This document shows positions 13,083 through 25,779 of a stretch of 64,000 nt of DNA, piece by piece. The translations under genes and the position numbers were made by a program. The notes beneath the pieces were generated by a model. That model worked only from the letters and a program-made list of their open reading frames with translations. It was not told where the DNA came from and searched no databases. Every line of letters starts with the position of its first letter. Position 1 is the first letter of the stretch. This stretch comes from Camelus ferus (lineage: Eukaryota), in assembly GCF_009834535.1 (NCBI RefSeq), contig NC_045707.1:57848001-57912000 (forward strand), written 5' to 3'.

Positions 13083-13589
13083 CTGCAGGAAAACAACATA
13101 CATAGATCAGCTTTGAGATGCACAGGCAGTGTCTGAAACGCTAACGTGCTACACCAGGATTCTTCTTACGAGAGACTTCCTCCCAGTTCCTGCCCCTATG
13201 CTCCAGGGCCAACTTTTGCTACCTTGTGCCTGCTTTCTTTTCTTCCATTTCCCTTCTGTCCTCCTTTCTGGGTCTTCAGTAGATATTTTTGATAGATTGT
13301 CAGGTCCGCATGGAATTTCAGTTGGCAAGCGTCTCATGGTGAAAGTGAACAATCCTTAGACGTTTGAAATCTGATCTCTTTTCCTTAACTCAGGTGTGTA
13401 TTTGTATATATGTACATGTGTGTGAATTTTTCTCCAAACTGGTCATGAGTCAATAAGGAAGTGGCACTTAAAAAAAAAAATTCCCCATTCCCTTGAGATT
13501 GCTGGCAAAAGGGAAGCAGATGACTTGAGAAGCACCCTTTATGAGACACTTTAGAAACAAGAAACTTGTATTCAAGACTGAACTTGACT

Positions 13590-13985
13590 TTTGCCACCAG
13601 AAGAGTTGCTCCTTCACCTCTGTTACAATTTCCACCATCAATCTGGTCACCAAACTCAGAAATCTGAGACTCATTCTTTAATCATTTCCTGTCCCTTGTT
13701 GCCTTTCCCCAACCAACCCCAATCCAATCCATCACCAAACACACACCACTTTTTTTCTAAATAAATTTTCAATCTGTTTTCTTCTTTCCATCTCTACTAT
13801 CACTGCCTTGGATCAACTCCTAATTCCTTGTATGCCCTGCTTTAGTAACATCCTAACTGTTCTCCGTGTCTCCTGTCTAACATCTCTTAAAGCCATTTCC
13901 ATACTGTCATTATAGTGGCTTACCAAAACAAAAAAAAAGGGAAAAAAAGACCATATCATTCTTCTCATTAAAATTGTTTACTTGG
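13590..13985. mobile_element. L2 LINE fossil
   Basis: ccaaactcagaaatctgagactcattctt...caatccatcaccaa...tccatctctactatcactgccttgg. Confidence 0.6.
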
Positions 13986-14085
13986 TTGAAGCATGAGATT
14001 GTTATCTTTGAACATAAAAATGGTCAAATAATAATAACTGCATATTCAATTTCATATCAAGTTCAACATCCTTGGCATCCCATTG

Positions 14086-14202
14086 AGTGTGACCATGTAA
14101 TTTATAATACAAATCAAGACAATTTCTGAGAGTGAAAGAGACTGCTATTAATAACTATACTGGAACCCAAGTGTGAGGAAAACCACAATGTATGATGCCC
14201 TG
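14086..14202 (+). mobile_element. MER94-like hAT-Blackjack fossil (a second copy lies near 26965-27060)
   Basis: gtgtgaccatgtaatttat...gagagtgaaagagactgctattaataactatactgg. Confidence 0.55.
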
Positions 14203-14221
14203 CATATAAGGTCTTCCCCAT

Positions 14222-14423
14222 GGGATTAACTTAGATATACAGTAGATACAAACTACTATATATAAAATAGGTAAGGAACAAGGATATATTGTACATCACA
14301 GGGAAATATAGTCATTGTTTTGTAATAACTTAAGTGGAGTATAATCTATAAAAATATTGAATCACTATGTTGTACATCTGAAACTAATATTGTAAGATAA
14401 TTATAATTCAATTTAAAAAAAAA
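14222..14423 (+). mobile_element. 5'-truncated L1 3' end with A-tail and degenerate 16-bp TSD
   Basis: L1 3'UTR (gatacaaactactatatataaaatag...gaatcactatgttgtacatctgaaactaa); TSD ataaggtcttccccat 14206-14221 / ataaggcctctcccat 14424-14439. Confidence 0.85.
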
Positions 14424-14972
14424 ATAAGGCCTCTCCCATTCTCATCCTCATTGAATTCCCTGTTCTCATCTCTAGACATTCTGCACTTACCTTCTTCATG
14501 CTGTAGCAATGGAAGCTAGTTACAGTTCCCCCTACACTTAGAATTCTCCTCCTTATATGCCTGGCAAACTTTCCCCATCTCCTTCATCCCAGCAATCCCT
14601 CAGTTGTTAATGCTCAATGAGATATCCCTTCCTTCAGAAAACTTTCCTGACCATACCTGCATACCCCTCCCAGTGCTGGGTGAGCTGCACCCAGTCATTT
14701 AGACCCCCAAAGTCCCCATGCATATCTTTGAGTTTATCATATTTTTAAGTGGCTGTTTACTTCTATCTCTCCTCTTCCAAACTCTAGGCCACTTGAGACA
14801 AACACTAGTTCCCGTAAACATGGTGGTCTTCACTAAGTCTGGCTGAGGACCTGGCAGCACACAGGCACTCGATAACTGTCAGCTAAGTCAGCCAATGGGA
14901 GAAGTCTCCATTTAGGTTGTGTTGTTGTTGTTGTTAATGTAAGAAAAGAACACCAGCAGCATTGCTTCTTAC

Positions 14973-15096
14973 CATTCAGATTGAAGCCTTGATTAGGACC
15001 GGTGAGGAGCTGTCCTCCCCTACTAAGGGTCACTTGTTTGTTAAAATCATCTTCCAAAATTAGAGTTATAGACTGAAGGCAGACCAAGCCAAGGTT
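14973..15096 (-). CDS. OTOGL: OTOGL coding exon 16 (VWD2): NLGLVCLQSITLILEDDFNKQVTLSRGGQLLTGPNQGFNLN
   Basis: ttttatgcag|AAC...AATG|gtaaga; 124 nt, phase 0-1. Confidence 0.96.
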
Positions 15097-16278
15097 CTGC
15101 ATAAAAAATCAAATTATCAATTAAAGGAATGAGAGAGAGAGAGAGAGACATAGGAAGGCACAAGGACAAAAAAAGAAGGAAATGGGAGAAGATGAGGGAG
15201 AAAAAGGAGAGAGTACATATACATAAGAATTCTTGGTATATAGAAGATTTGCATCTTATTGTGAATCTTATGTAGCCCTGTTTACTAATAAAATATATCT
15301 TTATATAGTACATTAAACACACCACAAACATATGTATACTAAACACAGATTATTAAATAGAAATGTTTTCAATAAAGTGTCAATAATTATTATTTTCCAT
15401 AACATATAATTAAAGTGCTTTTCCAAATTTATTTGTGGTACATATAAGAAATTCAAAATAGAAAAGAAGATACAGTAGATATAAAAAATATATTTTATAT
15501 AGACATAAAAAATCAATAGATATGAAAAATTCAATATAGAAAAGAACAAAGAGAATTATGATCCTATGCAGAAAGTTGACTCAAACTCTGACATACAGCA
15601 AAGGAAAAAAATCAAACTAAAGGAAAGTAATAAAGTAGTTCAGAATTTTGTTAGAAACAACCATTTTATGTTGGAATTAAACTAGAATAAAAGATTTTGG
15701 CAAAATTTTGACTACCTAATTTAGAGAGATGAGTAAAAGATCTGGGTTTCTTTGTTTACAAATTATTGATGTGTTTATTCAAGAAAAGATCTAATAGAAA
15801 TATTCCAGTGTGCTAAAAAATTCATCATATCTATTTAGAATGGTGTGAAACTTGTTAAATTCTGTCAAAAATCATCTTTAACATAGCAGTTTTGAAGTAA
15901 CAAAAAACTTATTGCCTATTGTACAACCATGCATGAAATATTCCTTAAAACTATGCATAAAAATACCATTTTTAAGGACTAAAATGCAATAAATATGTAG
16001 TATTTAGTCTAAGACATATTTGTTTTCATATTTTAATATCTGAAATCAGGATACATGACATAATTAATAGTACAACATAGAGTAACCATCAACATCGTTT
16101 CTTTCTTTGTAGTATATAGAATGATACACCTTAACAGTCACTGGTGTCTTATTTTTGAAGAAAACTATACCTATTCATGTTACCATTCTTACCCTAAATA
16201 AGTAGTTTGAGTCAAAAAAAAAAAAAAAGAAAAAAAAGAAAAAAGAACATCCCTCTGCTCATTTTGAGATGTTCTTAC

Positions 16279-16424
16279 CTGCTCACAGTGAGCTTTCTGT
16301 AAAGTAATTGTGAATTTATCTTTCCCAGTTCCTTTTACAAGGATGTATTGGCACATTCCAATGAAAGAATAATGTCGACCATCAAAAGTAGTAAAATGAG
16401 AATCACCCACAACGGAGCACTGAA
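16279..16424 (-). CDS. OTOGL: OTOGL coding exon 15 (VWD2 start): [49 protein letters not shown]
   Basis: long pyrimidine tract then tgtag|TT...CAG|gtaaga; 146 nt, phase 1-0. Confidence 0.97.
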
Positions 16425-16855
16425 CTACAAAAAAGAAGAAGGAGGAGGAGGAGAGGAGGGAGGAGAAGGAGGAAGAAATTATATTTTTTCTTAAAAATAT
16501 ATGGTCAACTTAGGGTAAATATTCATGCATCTGAAAGAATAACTAAAGTGTTTAAAATTAATTAGTTTGACAGATTTACTAAATTATGTTATTCAATTTA
16601 AATTAAAATTTATTAAATGATAGGTGTTCACATATTTTTTAGATTTTGTATTACTTGTACTATTTTAATACATTTTTATCAAAGGTGTCTGCTCATACCT
16701 GTCATTTATTCAATTTTAAACTTATCCTCTGACAATTTGGATTTATAGATCATTGCATCTCATTTTATGAGAGATGGCCTTATAAAAATCAGTGTTCTCT
16801 TCCTCTTCAATTTCAAAAAAAAGATATTTTCTTTAAAAACATTTAAAAAGATTAC

Positions 16856-16902
16856 CTGGACAGTCATGCTCAGTGCAGTTCCAAACTCCACCAACACATA
16901 CA
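16856..16902 (-). CDS. OTOGL: OTOGL coding exon 14: VCVGGVWNCTEHDCP
   Basis: catttag|T...CCAG|gtaatc; 47 nt, phase 2-1. Confidence 0.94.
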
Positions 16903-17973
16903 CTAAATGAAATGATAAAAATATTAATCTATTTGTATAGAGAAACTGATTAGTGTTTGCAATAATGTATTGGTTAACGTACCAAAATGTATCATAGTCT
17001 TTGGGTTTGGAATAATCTGACCTGAAAAATATCTCCTCAAAATTTCAATTAGCTGATAAATTATTATCTATTGCATGCCATATTTAAAAATCTATAAACT
17101 TGATATGAAGGGAATACAGATTAGTCAAGAACAAAAATACTAAGCAAACAGAGAACTTCTATTTCTGTCCTTCTCTCATCGCTTAAGCCAAAAAAGTTCA
17201 CACACAATAAAGTATTTACCTATAGCATTAGAGAAGTATACACACAGAGTTAAGATTAATGATTTAACTCATCTACTAAAAATTTTAGAGGTTGGCTTTG
17301 AGAATCTTCAGACATTAAAAAGAAAGAAAAGACGTTCTCTTATGTAAGATGAATTCTGTCTCTTCCACCAAACAGATACGAATTTGGAGGACAGAGCAGT
17401 CTCTGAAAGGCAGGAACTCCAATCAGTGCCAAAAGACAGGCTTAGTTATCCAACTGCATTTCAGTTACAGACCAAAGAGAAAAGAGCCTAAATACATTTA
17501 TACTCTGTTTCTTTTTAGACTGCCCTGGAGGGATTCACTCTTTGGCTATAATTGTCTTAGCTAATTCAAGAAGAAATTCTGAAAGTATCTAATCATGGCC
17601 AAAAATTGGTGATACGGAGAGTTACTTTTTAAAGTACTCAATAGAGAAGGCCAAGAGAACCATCAAGTTCTAAAAATGAAACAGTGCACAAATTAGTGAT
17701 TATGAATCACAAGAGAATTCAACAGATTCATCACATGGATGTAAGATTTTATGGAGTTACTCAGGGAAGTGAGAAGAATGACATCATAAAAGAAAATGTA
17801 GATAGTACCCCCACCACCCTGTCCCTGTACAGACTTCAAATAACATGAAAACTGTATTTTGGAATTTTTGGAAGAAAAATCAGAAACAAGTATATTTCTT
17901 TGAACATACGTCATGATAAAGTTGTCCACTAGCCAGGTACCCAGAAATAATTGGCTGTCCATTGATCACATAC

Positions 17974-18082
17974 CATTCCGTACACTCTTGTTCAATTTTT
18001 GAACCAACTGAATAAGCTAATCCATGAAAATTACATGGGCAATTTTCCAAGGAGATACAAGTCCCATTTTCCATTATGAGGC
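17974..18082 (-). CDS. OTOGL: OTOGL coding exon 13: GLIMENGTCISLENCPCNFHGLAYSVGSKIEQECTE(C)
   Basis: aaatag|GC...TG|gtatgt; 109 nt, phase 1-2. Confidence 0.96.
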
Positions 18083-19326
18083 CTATTTAAGAAAAATATA
18101 TATCAAATTCTCAAAATAAATAATAAAGATTGCATCCTTTGAATGTAGTAATTTAACCAATTTTTATTGAACACTTGCTTACACTAGGTGCTGGAAATAC
18201 ACATTTCTTTACTTTCAAGGAATAGTCAGGACTGACCGCTCTGTCTCAATCAACAGCTACCTTCTAAGCGTCTAGTTCAGTGGTTTTCAACTTTCTTATC
18301 CCACGGCTTGCCATTAAAAACTCAAGGTTCGCAGTACGGAACCAGAGCAACTAACGTCTCCCTGCTTTTGAGGGAAGAGGGGAGGAGAGGAGGGAGAAGG
18401 TATATTCTTGGTTTAATCTTTGTTTATTTCAAAGTGAGAGCTTTACACTATGATCACACAGATAATAAAGAGCCAGGCAGTGCTACTCTAAGGGCTAGCA
18501 CAGCAGAACTGCGTTTGTTACTTCCCTCTAAGAGTAAAGGTGTCTGAGCAGTGTTACTAAGCACACTGATTCACCTGATCTTTTTTCAGAATAAGACTTT
18601 CTAGATGAAGGAAATATATATATCGACGCATGGATTTATAGTCTGATGCAAACTCCTTATCTCATCATCGGCAAGTAGCAAACAGTTCAGGCCTGACACT
18701 GGTCCAAAGTGCACTGAGTAGCGCTGACAGAGCAATGGACCAAGGTCAACAGATCTGGTTCCAAGCAGTCCTCACTCATGTTAAGTATATAACAGTGGGA
18801 AAACCACTTAACATCTCTGTGGTTTTTTTTTTTAATCTATAAAAATAGAAGGGTTTGGGTAAATCCTCAGTGTTCTTATAAATGCCTACCAGTGTAGCAG
18901 ATTTAAACCCCATCTCTATCATTTGCTATATTATTTATAATTTCAAATATTAAAGCTTGACATCAGAACTAAAATCTTATACCGCCAAAATGTGAAGGTT
19001 TTTTTTTTTCCTGAACTTGATTTCATCTTTAAAAAATGAAAATATATAAATTATTAAAAATCTTTAGATATTCAAGAGAACATCAGATCTGCCATGGATA
19101 ACTTCAGGACTCTAGATTTCAGATTTCCTGGGAAATTTACAAAATAATAAGCCTTTTATTAAAGAAAAGAAGCCATTGCTTCCAGTCACTTCAAGGATCA
19201 AATCCGACAAGAGTAGAAAATCGCAGCAGCTCTAACGTCCTGAGGGAGGACATTGAGACATGAGTCTCAGATCACTGGGTACTATTTCCATGAGTGCAGA
19301 CATGGTTTCTCTCATGAAGCACTTAC

Positions 19327-19452
19327 CATCTGGGCAGTAACATCCATCAAGACAGTGGAGATTGCTCCCAAGACACTGTTTCTCAAACGTGCAGGTTGGT
19401 GGGCAACAACTGATACAATCCCGATGGACAAAGCTGTCATCACATTTATCAA
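19327..19452 (-). CDS. OTOGL: OTOGL coding exon 12 (TIL): IDKCDDSFVHRDCISCCPPTCTFEKQCLGSNLHCLDGCYCPD
   Basis: attttag|TT...GATG|gtaagt; 126 nt, phase 1-1; TIL Cys pattern. Confidence 0.97.
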
Positions 19453-19661
19453 CTAAAATGGGCAAACAGGGGAGCTGTAAGTCAACTTTATTCACCTCTC
19501 TTTCGAAATGATTACAATGTTTTTGAAAGTACGCAAGTTTACCAATGTTACTGCATCAATAACGAATCTTTGCAATTCGTTAGTTGTGAGTACTAGGGTA
19601 AGTTTAGAATGAGACTAAAATTAATGGAAGTACACAGGGCTTGGAAAACAAGAAAACGTAC

Positions 19662-19768
19662 TGCATGCTGGAAAGTCATCTCTCCAATCCTGAATAGGGT
19701 AGCCAGCGTGGGAACAGGCTCTAGCGTACTCAGTGGCTGCCCGACAGTAGGTCTCATCGTCGTGAGTT
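19662..19768 (-). CDS. OTOGL: OTOGL coding exon 11 (C8): THDDETYCRAATEYARACSHAGYPIQDWRDDFPAC
   Basis: cttcccag|A...TGCA|gtacgt; 107 nt, phase 2-1. Confidence 0.96.
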
Positions 19769-21392
19769 CTGGGAAGTGAAAAGACAGATCCAGAATCACA
19801 CAGGAAATACCGACAGAGACCATCATTTTGAGCTCCTGATCTCAAGAAACGCCGAGTGTGTGGTGAATATTAGCTGAGGTCAGCTTGTACATAAGATAAT
19901 ACATTATAACATAATATTATGTACAATAATGTAGAAGACACATACACAAGGGATCCCAGCTAAAAATGTCCAGGTAAATTGTTTTCATCTATGTCTTTTG
20001 ATAATTGGGCCAATTTTTTTGATTCAAGGGAGTACCTATAATGAAAATATATTTCTGTTTGAATTATGACATTTTTCCTAAAATCCCTGTATTTTTTTTG
20101 TCCTCATTCAAAACATCCCAGACTTTCTAGAATTTAATAAATCCTATTAGAGAAGATAAAATTCTATCAAACAAAAACATCAAGTATGAACATTATTTCT
20201 AAGATATCATGCTCCTGATAGTCTACATGCTGGAATAAAACCAATACTAATAATCTGCAGCACTTTTGAAAGATTAAATAGCATTTAATCTAAGATTTAA
20301 AAGAAGATTTTTAATTTGTTCAAGTTTAAATTACTAAAGCTAGTTACTTTTATAATACTGCCATGCGTGAATAATCTGTAAGTATTTTCTTATAATCACC
20401 CCAGAAACTTCCCCAAATATGAGGTCTGCCAATTCCCAAAGCAGATTAACAAGATACCTATAAAATAAAAAGAGTTTATAAACTAGTGGGCTTGTTTTTC
20501 AACCCAACTGAAACTCAAAATTAGTTAAATATCTTACAAGATAATGACCTTAAGAATGTTGCATTTGGTGAACCTTAGCATTTTCAGGATCTCGATTATA
20601 TAAGCCACCCGTCTCAAATTACACTTATCCTGTGCTGCTGTAATTGGAGTCATGCAGCTTATCTAATTCAATTAACTGAGCTTTAGAAGGAAAAAAAAAA
20701 AAAAAAGGACTGAGCATATAAACTTCAGAAGCTTAGGAAATATTCTAAACCTCCAAACAAGAAAAGTCTGAAAAACAAGGGAAGCTAAAACTATTGAGTT
20801 CCCAGAAAGACATTAAATGTATGATTTATTTTAAATATGTGCATTGTTTTCTACAATTAATGAAGGCTTTGAAAATTAACGAAGTAACTGCATATTGGTT
20901 TTCCAATCCAAAGCAACTATTATCCAAGTAGCTACCATTTTGTACTAGGCACATTACATACAGCATTGCATGAAAATTCACAACAATCGGGCAAGAAAGA
21001 AATTATTATTGCAATTTACTGAGGGGAAAATAAGTTAGTTTTTCCATTTTGGATGCTAATTTTAATAAAGGAAATCAGCATTAAATAATATTTTTTCATA
21101 AATCAGTTGGCTTGGGTGTGGCAAAATTAAAGGCATTTCCTTGCTGCTAGGTTTAGCGTTCTCAGCAGCAGAAGCAGGAAGTCCCATGTTCAAGGACTGG
21201 TATTATATCACCCTTCAAATACCAACTCAGATGTCATCTCCTATAGGCATTCCTGATAAAGTTAGTAGTTCTATCCTCCATGTTCACTGCGCTTTGCACT
21301 TAGATTATGTGTAATTGCAGAAGACCTGTTTCTCTGCCCCATTAGAATCTGAGTTCCTAGGACAGGGACCATATCTAAGTCATTTCTGTTTC

Positions 21393-21502
21393 CATGGCCA
21401 ACAGACAGATGAAAAGATGCTCAACATTACTAATCATCAGGGAAATGCAAATCAAAACCACAGTGAGACATCACCTCACACCTGCCAGAATGGCTACTGT
21501 CA
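21393..21502 (+). mobile_element. L1 ORF2 C-terminal internal fragment, no tail
   Basis: atgaaaagatgctcaacattactaatcatcagggaaatgcaaatcaaaaccacagtgagacatcacctcacacc. Confidence 0.85.
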
Positions 21503-21949
21503 TTGTGATGCAGTCTTTTAGTATAAGAAATACAGAGAATATCCTTTAGGGGAAAATCAATGTAGGTAGGTGTAGTACTGGGTGAAATATTGAGGGGAGT
21601 GGAAGGCTAACTGGTAGCTTCTCACTTCCATTTTTTTAATGCCCACTTACTCGATTATAATGCCCTTCTTTTGGTATCACTTGCCTCCTCTGCCCTCAAA
21701 CCCAGACTCTCCACCTCAAACATATATCTTGATTTCAACCAGTAAGAGATATTTCACTATACTGCTGTTTTCATTTGCCCTAAAGAAAGCAATTTGGTTT
21801 CCAAGTTCAAAGTCTAAAATACATCAAATTTTCCAAAGACAAAAATGTTAATTTCTTAATGATGAAATTTCAAATCAAGTGGGTCTAGCAGGCTCTTTTT
21901 TGTAACCAGCTCCCTCTTCATTTTTTTGTTTTTTGTTTTTTTTTAGTAT

Positions 21950-22388
21950 TAGAACCCATAAGTTTTTGCTGGGTATATGGCTGCCCAGCCAAAGACAACA
22001 TTTCCCAGCTGTCCTTGCTTCTAGGTGTGGCCATGTTCTGACCAAAGAGTTAAAAGCGAGAGTGTGCATGAATCTTCTAGGTCACTTCCTTAAAATAGCT
22101 GACAGCTTTCTATTTCCTTTTGTCCCTCCCTAAGGGCTAAAACACGGACATGGCAGGGGTGAGCCAGTTTTGGCCATGAAATTGAGAATAATACCCTAGG
22201 CCCTTGGGGATGACATAGAAATTGTATCACTGAGTCAAAGGAAAACTCATGAAGCAGATATATGGTACAAACCTAGGACCGCTTGCCAGCTTGGACTTTA
22301 AACGACAGAATTACAAAGCGTCCGATTTAATTGAAGCCACAGACACTTTGGCAACTGAAGCAGCCAAACAATATCTCAACTAATAAAT
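21950..22388 (+). mobile_element. Old MaLR (MLT1-type) LTR
   Basis: acatttcccagctgtccttgcttctaggtgtggccatg...gcagccaaac; ends approximate. Confidence 0.6.
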
Positions 22389-22545
22389 AGAGAATAATGA
22401 CTTTCCTGGATCTGCCAAATGATCCTTCACCTCAGCCAATTTGAGAAGTGGGTGCTAAAGATGATAATGATAAGACAAGTGACAAGGCTATTGGAGAATG
22501 GTCCAAGAATGAGTCACCAAGGAATAAAAACAATTTTTAATTCCA

Positions 22546-22702
22546 GCGGGGGGGGAGGCTATAGCTCAGTGGTAGAGCACATGCTTAGCATGCACAAGGT
22601 ACTGGGTTCAATCCCCAGTGCCTCCATTAAAATAAATAAGTAAATAAATAAAACCTAATTGCCTCCCCCCAAAACAAAAACAAAAATAAATAAATAAATA
22701 AA
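22546..22702 (+). mobile_element. tRNA-Ala-derived SINE (camelid Vic-1-like)
   Basis: A box TAGCTCAGTGG 22562-22572, B box GGTTCAATCC 22605-22614, AGC anticodon remnant, aaacctaattgcctccccc tail; TSD aatttt(t/a)aattcca 22532-22545 / 22703-22716. Confidence 0.9.
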
Positions 22703-23439
22703 AATTTTAAATTCCATATGTATGGCTAAATAAGAACAATGGACCACCTATAGAGATACCTAAAAAAGCGGCTAAGTGATAGAACAGAGATATAACAATA
22801 CAGTGCCGAAATGAAAAATAAAACCAAATAGAGGGCAGAATGCTGTAAAATACAGAGTGAGGTCAGTACTCAGTATTTTAAGCAGAGGGGGTTACTCTTC
22901 CAAAGTTACTGCATTAGTTCAGAAATCTCTGAAATTTAGAGACTCTATATACAAATAAAGGTATAACTGCACCTCTACTCAAAACTAACATGCATACCAA
23001 ATAGGCTTCTTTTAATATCTGGAAAATATCATTACGTTCATTGTTTTTAGAATAATCTTAATTTAACTAAAGCAGAGTGATTATAAATAATTTCATATTA
23101 CCTCAGCCTTTCCTTTTTGTTTTCACCTTTGATAAACGTCTTAACAAGCTACCCAAGATGTTATTTCACTGGTTTTATTCAATCGAAAATTAGTCTGTTT
23201 TTTACAACAAAGTTCCCATGTACCATTTACACTTCTTCGGGAGATTTAAAAAATGCAAACATATTAAAATTTCTTGAGATATTCTTGAATATTCAAGGCA
23301 GATAATCACAAACACTTGGTAAATTTTTAAGAAAAAATAAAAAGGACTTCAACAATGGGTAATTTATGATAAACTCTATAATGATGAACATATTATGACG
23401 AATTTCACTGAATTTTTTCCCTAGACAACCACATTAGTC

Positions 23440-23925
23440 TAGGTGTTCTTAACACAGAAGTGAGTACAGGAGTCTATGACCTTGGACAGGGAAAATATTA
23501 CATGTTTATTTTCTTGGATCACCAACTGATATTTAGTATTTCTTTCAATTATACACATATGCAACACATCACAATACTCTCAGCAAAATCTGTGACTTTG
23601 TCATCAATATAACTCGTATCTCATTTTTTTCATATTTTCATTTCTCATCACAATTGTTGCAGATGTCTCAAAAGACTGTTTTTACTCTTCATTATGTCAA
23701 ACTACAGTAGTTATTCGACCTGAAATGCATCTAAAAAAGCACATAGATCAGAAATTCACTTCTTTTACTATTTTGGTTACTCTATTTCAATATAAGTAGT
23801 TTTCTTTGTAATCTTATGTGTTTTATTTTCTGCATTTTAAAACATTATTTTGAAAAAGAGCCTATAGACATCTCTAGATTCCCAAAAGGGATCAGTGGCC
23901 CAAAAATGACATAAGAACTGCTGTA
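23440..23925 (+). mobile_element. hAT-Charlie non-autonomous fossil (MER113-like)
   Basis: terminal similarity gttcttaac...taagaactgctg and internal tgtgactttgtcatcaata...gttgcagatgtctc; family name from memory. Confidence 0.5.
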
Positions 23926-24124
23926 TTCTGTTCACATTGCTTATACTAAACACTCAGACTGTACCTCTTCACCAGCAAGGTTTTAATAGCTGTCAGTACA
24001 GCTAATGTTTTAGATTTCCTATTCCATTTTGTGAACTGCTGAGATGGTTAAGTTATAGAGTGGTTTTTTGCTCTTCTTTTTGGATAAAGAAAATTTTATT
24101 GCAAATATTAATCATTTCACTTAC

Positions 24125-24231
24125 TTGCAAAGATCATTAACACAGCTGGCAATATATAAATATGGATCAATATATTCATGGCAGCTCAAAAAGGGAAATT
24201 GCAACAGTATCTGACACTTGAAGAAGATTGC
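24125..24231 (-). CDS. OTOGL: OTOGL coding exon 10 (C8): AIFFKCQILLQFPFLSCHEYIDPYLYIASCVNDLC(K)
   Basis: gcacag|GCA...AA|gtaagt; 107 nt, phase 0-2. Confidence 0.96.
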
Positions 24232-24592
24232 CTGTGCAGAAAAAGATGGCAGTCACCAGAACACACTTAATAATATTTATGTACTCTCATTTTTTCTACT
24301 GATCTGTTTGCAAGACTCTGTTCTTACCAGGAAAGAGAAAGTAATTTATGACTGTAAATTTTACACAACATTTTTCTGACTATATGTTTTCATAATGAGA
24401 ACTACTTTTAGGAAACTCATTACATTAATCATTTCTGAAATAATCTTAAAGTTATTCCTGTTGCAGTTACACTTCCTGAATTTAACAGTGTTTAATTATG
24501 TTGTTTGCAATAAAAATGCTTAGCATTAAATATACAAATACAATACATGTGTTTAATATTCAACATGCCCAGATTTTTTACATCATACTTAC

Positions 24593-24720
24593 CTCAAATG
24601 CTGGCATTCCACTGGAGCATGGATTTGGAAAATCTGAGGGTGTGGGAACACATTTGGTGTCATCCAAAGTTTGCACCGACCAACTATTTGCAAACATAGC
24701 AATGTCTTCTGTATAGTCCT
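24593..24720 (-). CDS. OTOGL: OTOGL coding exon 9: EDYTEDIAMFANSWSVQTLDDTKCVPTPSDFPNPCSSGMPAFE
   Basis: aaatag|AG...GAG|gtaagt; 128 nt, phase 1-0; FANSW motif at the end of the VWD. Confidence 0.95.
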
Positions 24721-25779
24721 CTATTTCACACAAACACACACATAAAAATGTATGTCATAGGATCACTTTCCACAAACACACCATTTATCAACATAAACTT
24801 CCTGGTCAGAAAGTTAAACTCAGTAACTTTGTAATTATCAGTGATATTAGACTACAACATTACTTTAGCATAATAAAAATAAATTGAACAAAGCATTAAG
24901 TGCCAAATAAAAGCTAGCATCATTGAAGAGAAAAAGCAAACTTCATTGAAGTAACACGGGGAAGGGTTGAAAGCGAATAATACCACATGTGCACCAGCAA
25001 AGTACTAGTTAGCCTGCAGTTTGTGCTGGAGAGAGGAGAAAAATATGCATAGAACTAGGAAACATAAGTAAAAATTTGGTATGAAACTTTTCAGAGAGCC
25101 CTATCATTCTATTTGACAGTCAGAACCTTACTAAAATTGTAGTTTCATTTTGGTGTTATACAACATGAAAAAAAAATCTTGAGCTCTTGTGGGGATTTCA
25201 AAGGACAGTCACACAGATAGTTCAAGAATGGAAAAGACACCTGGAGAAGAAAGGACTAAGAATCTGAATGTGACAACTAGTGCTTCTGAAGATGCTCAGG
25301 ACAGATTAAGAACCCTGATACTCTCCCAGTGTTATTCAAAGGCAAGATTCAGGAGCTAATAGGCAGAAGCAACAAACTGGCAGTTGTTGGTGAGAGCTCT
25401 GGGTGCTCTGCTCCAAATCAAGTTGAAATTGTCTCAGCAGCTGGCCTGAGGACAAGTTCAAGGCCTGACAGGAAAATCAATCCTGCCTGACATTCAGACA
25501 AAGGCTGAATCTACCATCTCAAAGACTTAGCAGACCCGAACAGGATGACCTCTCGAATTTCCATCTGACAGCCTTCAGATTAGGGTATTAGCTTGTCCAC
25601 CATTGAGATTTACAGAGCCACAGGTCCACCACTGATGACCAGCTACTGCATCACTAGAATCAAAATTGCAAGCCAAATATTTGACCACTGTCTCTCAGCA
25701 TCTTCAAGATAGGAAGATACCTGCCTGCTACTACTGATGGTTGTGAAGATTGTGGGAGTTCATCTATATGAATGCTTTG

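Noticed and set aside
22550..22625. Apparent tRNA-Ala(AGC) gene
   Set aside because: Has a SINE tail and TSD plus stem mismatches; it is a SINE head, as is the copy at about 26215-26287
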